Of a stretch of 64,000 bases of DNA, positions 62,932-64,000 are shown piece after piece; within the stretch, counting starts at the first letter, position 1, and every line of letters starts with the position of its first letter. Origin of the DNA: Longimicrobiales bacterium (GTDB taxonomy: Bacteria > Gemmatimonadota > Gemmatimonadetes > Longimicrobiales > Gaopeijiaceae); assembly GCA_965226375.1 (NCBI GenBank), contig CBDDCX010000008.1, forward strand, positions 160,001 to 224,000. Reading direction: 5' to 3'. The position numbers and the translations under genes were made by a program. Under the pieces are notes generated by a model, which had not been told where the DNA came from, made no database searches, and saw only the letters and a program-made list of their open reading frames with translations.

Positions 62932-63136
62932 GGATCCGGGTCGAGGATCGAAGTAGCGGGCTCCACTAGCCGACTCGGACGCTTCGCAGGGAGGGGCCCA
63001 AGAAAGGGCACTCCACACGGCTGTGCGGAACGCCCCGGGATGCGAGCCGACGGTCGACGGGCGGAACCCATTCCCCGAAGGGGGGCGCCGGCCGCCGGCG
63101 GCATCCTGACTGCAGAATACCGGAGTCGTTCCGAGC

Positions 63137-63164
63137 CGGGTATTGGACTTTAGTCCAATACCCG
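63137..63164. promoter_or_regulatory. Perfect 28-bp palindrome, probable regulator binding site
   Basis: CGGGTATTGGACT-TT-AGTCCAATACCCG: 13-bp arms, 2-bp centre, no U-tail. Confidence 0.55.
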
Positions 63165-63317
63165 CGATGGATGCGCAAGTGAGGTTGGCGGGTGGTTTTG
63201 ACAGGGCCCCGTGCAGATAGTGTCCTTCACGCCGAATGGGCACGCACTGTTCGAGGCGCCGCCCCTACGCGAGCTGTCCCTGGAGCCGGTAACCGACCCA
63301 TTCCGACGGCGATCTCG

Positions 63318-64000
63318 CTACTCGACCGTGCGCCGCAAAGGAAGCATGAACGAGAAGGAGCAGCCTTGGGGAACGTTGCTCTCCACTGATATCGTGCCGC
63401 CATGAGCTTCCACGATCGACTTACAGATAGCCAGGCCCATTCCCAGGCCGCCCGTCTTGGTCGTCACGAACGGCTCAAACACTTCGCTGACTTCCTTTGC
63501 CGGGATACCCGGGCCGGTGTCGCTGACGGTGACCCGCACACCATCCGCTCCGTCGCGGCAGATTACCACCTCGATATCGCCCGCCCCTGATTCGACGTGT
63601 CGGCTAGCATCGATCGCATTCATCAGGAGATTCATGACGACTTGCTGAACCTGAACAGGGTCGACCTCTACAAGGGGTAGATCGGGGGCAACTTCTACGT
63701 TGATGTTGACGTGTGCTCCGAGGGCGTCACTCCAGACTAGGGGCAGTACCCCCTTGACGAGTTCATCGAGCTGGACGCTTTCCTGGGCTACGGTATTCTT
63801 CTGCAACAGGGCACGTAGTCGGTGAATAACCTGACCGGCCCGCTTGTCGTCCGCTACGATATCTTGCAGGATTTCGCTCAGTTCCTCCAAGCTGGGTTTT
63901 TCCCCGGCAAGGATCCGCACGGCGGTCTGTGCGTTCGCCAAGATTGCCGTCAATGGCTGATTCAGTTCATGGGAAATCGAAGCTGCGAGTTCGCCCATCG
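63318..64000 (-). CDS. FixL/NtrB-type sensor histidine kinase (C-terminal part; start beyond the window)
   Basis: SHELNQPL H-box, NLLMNA N-box, DTGPG, FEPF.TTK and GLGMGL motifs. Confidence 0.94.
   Translation of the reverse strand, partial: MGELAASISHELNQPLTAILANAQTAVRILAGEKPSLEELSEILQDIVADDKRAGQVIHRLRALLQKNTVAQESVQLDELVKGVLPLVWSDALGAHVNINVEVAPDLPLVEVDPVQVQQVVMNLLMNAIDASRHVESGAGDIEVVICRDGADGVRVTVSDTGPGIPAKEVSEVFEPFVTTKTGGLGMGLAICKSIVEAHGGTISVESNVPQGCSFSFMLPLRRTVE

Overview
High-GC bacterial chromosomal window, densely coding. The membrane-anchored Ser/Thr kinase and overall gene mix suggest a Gemmatimonadota-like organism, but this is inference only. In order it contains: an ABC exporter (partial), ggt, an M20 amidohydrolase, murQ-anmK-GT-C glycosyltransferase, a peptidase/beta-propeller/barrel outer-membrane protein, nrdJ with tandem NrdR boxes, and a rhodanese. 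Next come an unusual single-ring Clp AAA+/receiver fusion, a form II coxSLM-DE / coxG-mocA-xdhC cluster, sufE, a porin, an M28 peptidase, a nitrilase and rocD. An IS1595 element is nested inside the left inverted repeat of an IS256 element. The rest holds a penicillin acylase, yjbQ, copZ, a kinase, mtnA with a class II aldolase, an AUR1-like PAP2 protein, a kinase-M23-aminotransferase fusion with an internal deletion, a TetR-regulated TolC/HlyD/ABC efflux operon, a Tat-exported molybdo-flavoenzyme with cytochrome b, a Cys-rich EEP lipoprotein and a partial histidine kinase. The most striking observation is that both ends of the IS1595 element carry, at mirror-image positions, a 16-bp site nearly identical to the host NrdR box upstream of nrdJ. 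This suggests transposition may be coupled to the dNTP sensor NrdR. Three single-base frameshifts may be sequencing errors. I recognised no rRNA, tRNA or CRISPR array.
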